Below, in pieces: positions 21,685 to 23,780 of a stretch of 23,780 nucleotides of DNA; position 1 is the stretch's first letter, and the number at the start of each line of letters is the position of its first letter. The DNA lies in the NCBI GenBank assembly GCA_024626585.2, contig JANKJI020000004.1, positions 141,119,517 to 141,143,296 on the forward strand, given 5' to 3'. Below the pieces are notes generated by a model that saw nothing but the letters and a program-made list of their open reading frames with translations, did not search any database and was not told the DNA's origin. A program made the translations under genes and the position numbers. The DNA is from Ginkgo biloba. Taxonomy: Eukaryota > Plantae > Ginkgophyta.

Positions 21685-23780
21685 TGTACTTTTTTAAGAG
21701 TTTTATCTTGATTTCATTCATGCAAAATCTAAAAAGAGGATGAATTTTAATGAGATCCTTGTTGACTAATCCTCCCCCTCTAGAAGGCCCCATCATAAAT
21801 ATAGAAATATATTTCCCTGTGATACCTTAATCTTATTTTTTATGGTAGATTAATGGTTTGGGGATATCATTAGGTACCTTAGGAATCAATCCTATATCAT
21901 GAGCCTTGACAAATATCAATAGAATAAGAAATGCATTTAGGCTTCTAATTATATAGTCCTTGATGACACTCTTTATAAATAGCCAATTTATGAATTCTTA
22001 CCTCATTATGTCACTCAAGACTAAGTTTAGATTATCATTAATAAGTATAAGTTTGGTGCATATCATGCTCATTATTATACCTTAATAACTACTGCCAATA
22101 TTATTAGGTCTAACTATATGTGGATTAAATTACTCTATCTAGAGCTATTGGAAGAAAGCATAGGTATCAAATCCTAAATTTGAGAGTATATGTGATTGAT
22201 TAGACTTAGATCCAAATTCACTTCTAATAAAATAAAAAGGGTTAGGTTTCTTTGCCTTATGATGAATTATCTTTCTATCACCACTATAAGGCATTGTAAG
22301 GGTATTTTTATGCATACTAATATCGACCTTGTAATCATTGATCTAAGGTCATACTAAGAGGATGGTGTAAGCGGTCATGGCATCAATAACTATGAAGGTC
22401 AAAATAACACTCAAGTTTGGATGTATAATATATACAAAAATATATTTGATTTATCTTAAAGTTTAAATTCTATGACTATCAAACCATTTTTGGCTTCATA
22501 GTATGGTCCAATAATTTTAAGACCTAACTAATTCATCACTATTGGATACATAATATTATGAGTATCTCTAGTGTCAACTAAGTAGTTGCTTAGTTTGACA
22601 TTGTTAGTACATACTAATTTATAAAAGGGAGGTTTCCCTTTACTTATTGTATTAATGATGAGATTAGTTAGGTTCAGGGATGAATTATGCACATGGTTAA
22701 GGTCATTGAGCATATTATATTTTAGTTGAGGTATCTTCAATGCATCTACGATATTCATTCTATCAATCCTTGATGATTTTTTAGGATTACTGTAGAAAGA
22801 AAAAAGAAGTAATTGTGATAGTTTGTCGAATATTCAACATAAATAAATTTTTTATTGCTAAATAGAGGGTTGGGGAGTGATAAGTGATTTACCTTTATCC
22901 CCTTTTATAGTAATGGATTAAGGATTCCTTGATTGTGAACTAGTCTAAACTAGACACTCCACCCTCTCACCTTTATCACTGAGGTATTTATGCTTTCTTC
23001 CTATCAATAGTAAGATGCTTCATCAAAAGATATAGGATTAATGAAAACTCCCATTTATTGATTAGATAATTCAATAAGAAAATCTTGACCTATCATTCTT
23101 TGGAATTATTTCCTAAATCTTGGATAAGATTTACATTTTTTATGGTTATGAGAGGCTATGTATTAGAATTCATACCATTTTCTAGTTTGATGGTTGGTCA
23201 AATTTTAGCTAGGAACCTAAGAGAGGATTGGTGTAAGAGTTTATTCCACTAAGGAGACTGCTTATGTGATAGGTCTTATAAGAAGTTTTACCAAGGGTGA
23301 AGACTCATCCATTGTATATTTCATAGACATAATTTTATTGGAAAGGGTTTGTATAACCTTAGTTAGTTATACTTCCAAAGTTTATCCCTCATTCAAATTT
23401 GATGCAAAATTGGTATTGACATTAGGTGGGATAGATTTGGGAATATTCCTACTCATTTGGAGGTATTCCTTATAGTATAATAATATACTAATAATATCTC
23501 ATAGTGTATTACTATGAGTTTACTCTATTCTAACCTTGTATTTAGGAGGGAGGCCATTATAATAATAGATATGACAAGTTTCTACAAGTGTGAAACTTGT
23601 ATGGATTCCTTCAAATTAAGAAATATAAGAGTAAATTCTATAAAGGAATCTCCTATGTTCTATGTGATATTAGTAAAGGTCTTAAGAACTTATGCAACAT
23701 CGACATTAGTAAAAAATTACCAAATAAAAGTAGTGCTCAGATCATCCCAAGAGGAAATGGACTGAGGAGAAAAGGAATGA
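21685..23780 (-). mobile_element. Degenerate Ty3/gypsy (Tat/Ogre-like) gag-aspartic protease region
   Basis: ORF 22528-22758 reads MNIVDALKIP...KPPFY...LSNYLVDTRDTHNIM (cf. PPFY.....L.NCL.DSGAS.N.M retropepsin), followed on the minus strand by VILTFIVIDA..AYTILL (cf. V.DVP..YG.LLG). The higher-coordinate part is assigned to gag by position only and runs off the window end. Confidence 0.7.

Overview
Eukaryotic plant genomic DNA. The TE-dense, CpG-depleted character and retroelement types suggest a large-genome seed plant, probably a gymnosperm (inference). It is a draft scaffold with 13 N-gaps, five of them exactly 100 N. The one host gene is a + strand cation/calcium exchanger of the CCX3/CCX4 clade (CaCA superfamily; GNGAPD and GNSMGD alpha-repeats). 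Its coding sequence is split into an N-terminal part (6144-~6626) and a C-terminal part (8989-10460) by ~2.3 kb of decayed Ty3/gypsy pol-like and LTR-like DNA plus a 100-N gap. Upstream is a CpG-retaining promoter with paired CGCGTT (RSRE/CAMTA) and clustered TGACG motifs and a probable leader intron; downstream is an apparently multiply spliced 3' UTR. The rest is decayed retroelement: two L1 LINE remnants, a minus-strand Tat/Ogre-like gypsy (gag-protease and integrase) with a possible accessory ORF, and two short tandem repeats. I see no clear evidence of a wholly new biological system. The best leads are the TE-interrupted but otherwise intact CCX gene and its apparent 3'-UTR splicing. Homologue motifs quoted below are recalled family consensus, not computed alignments.
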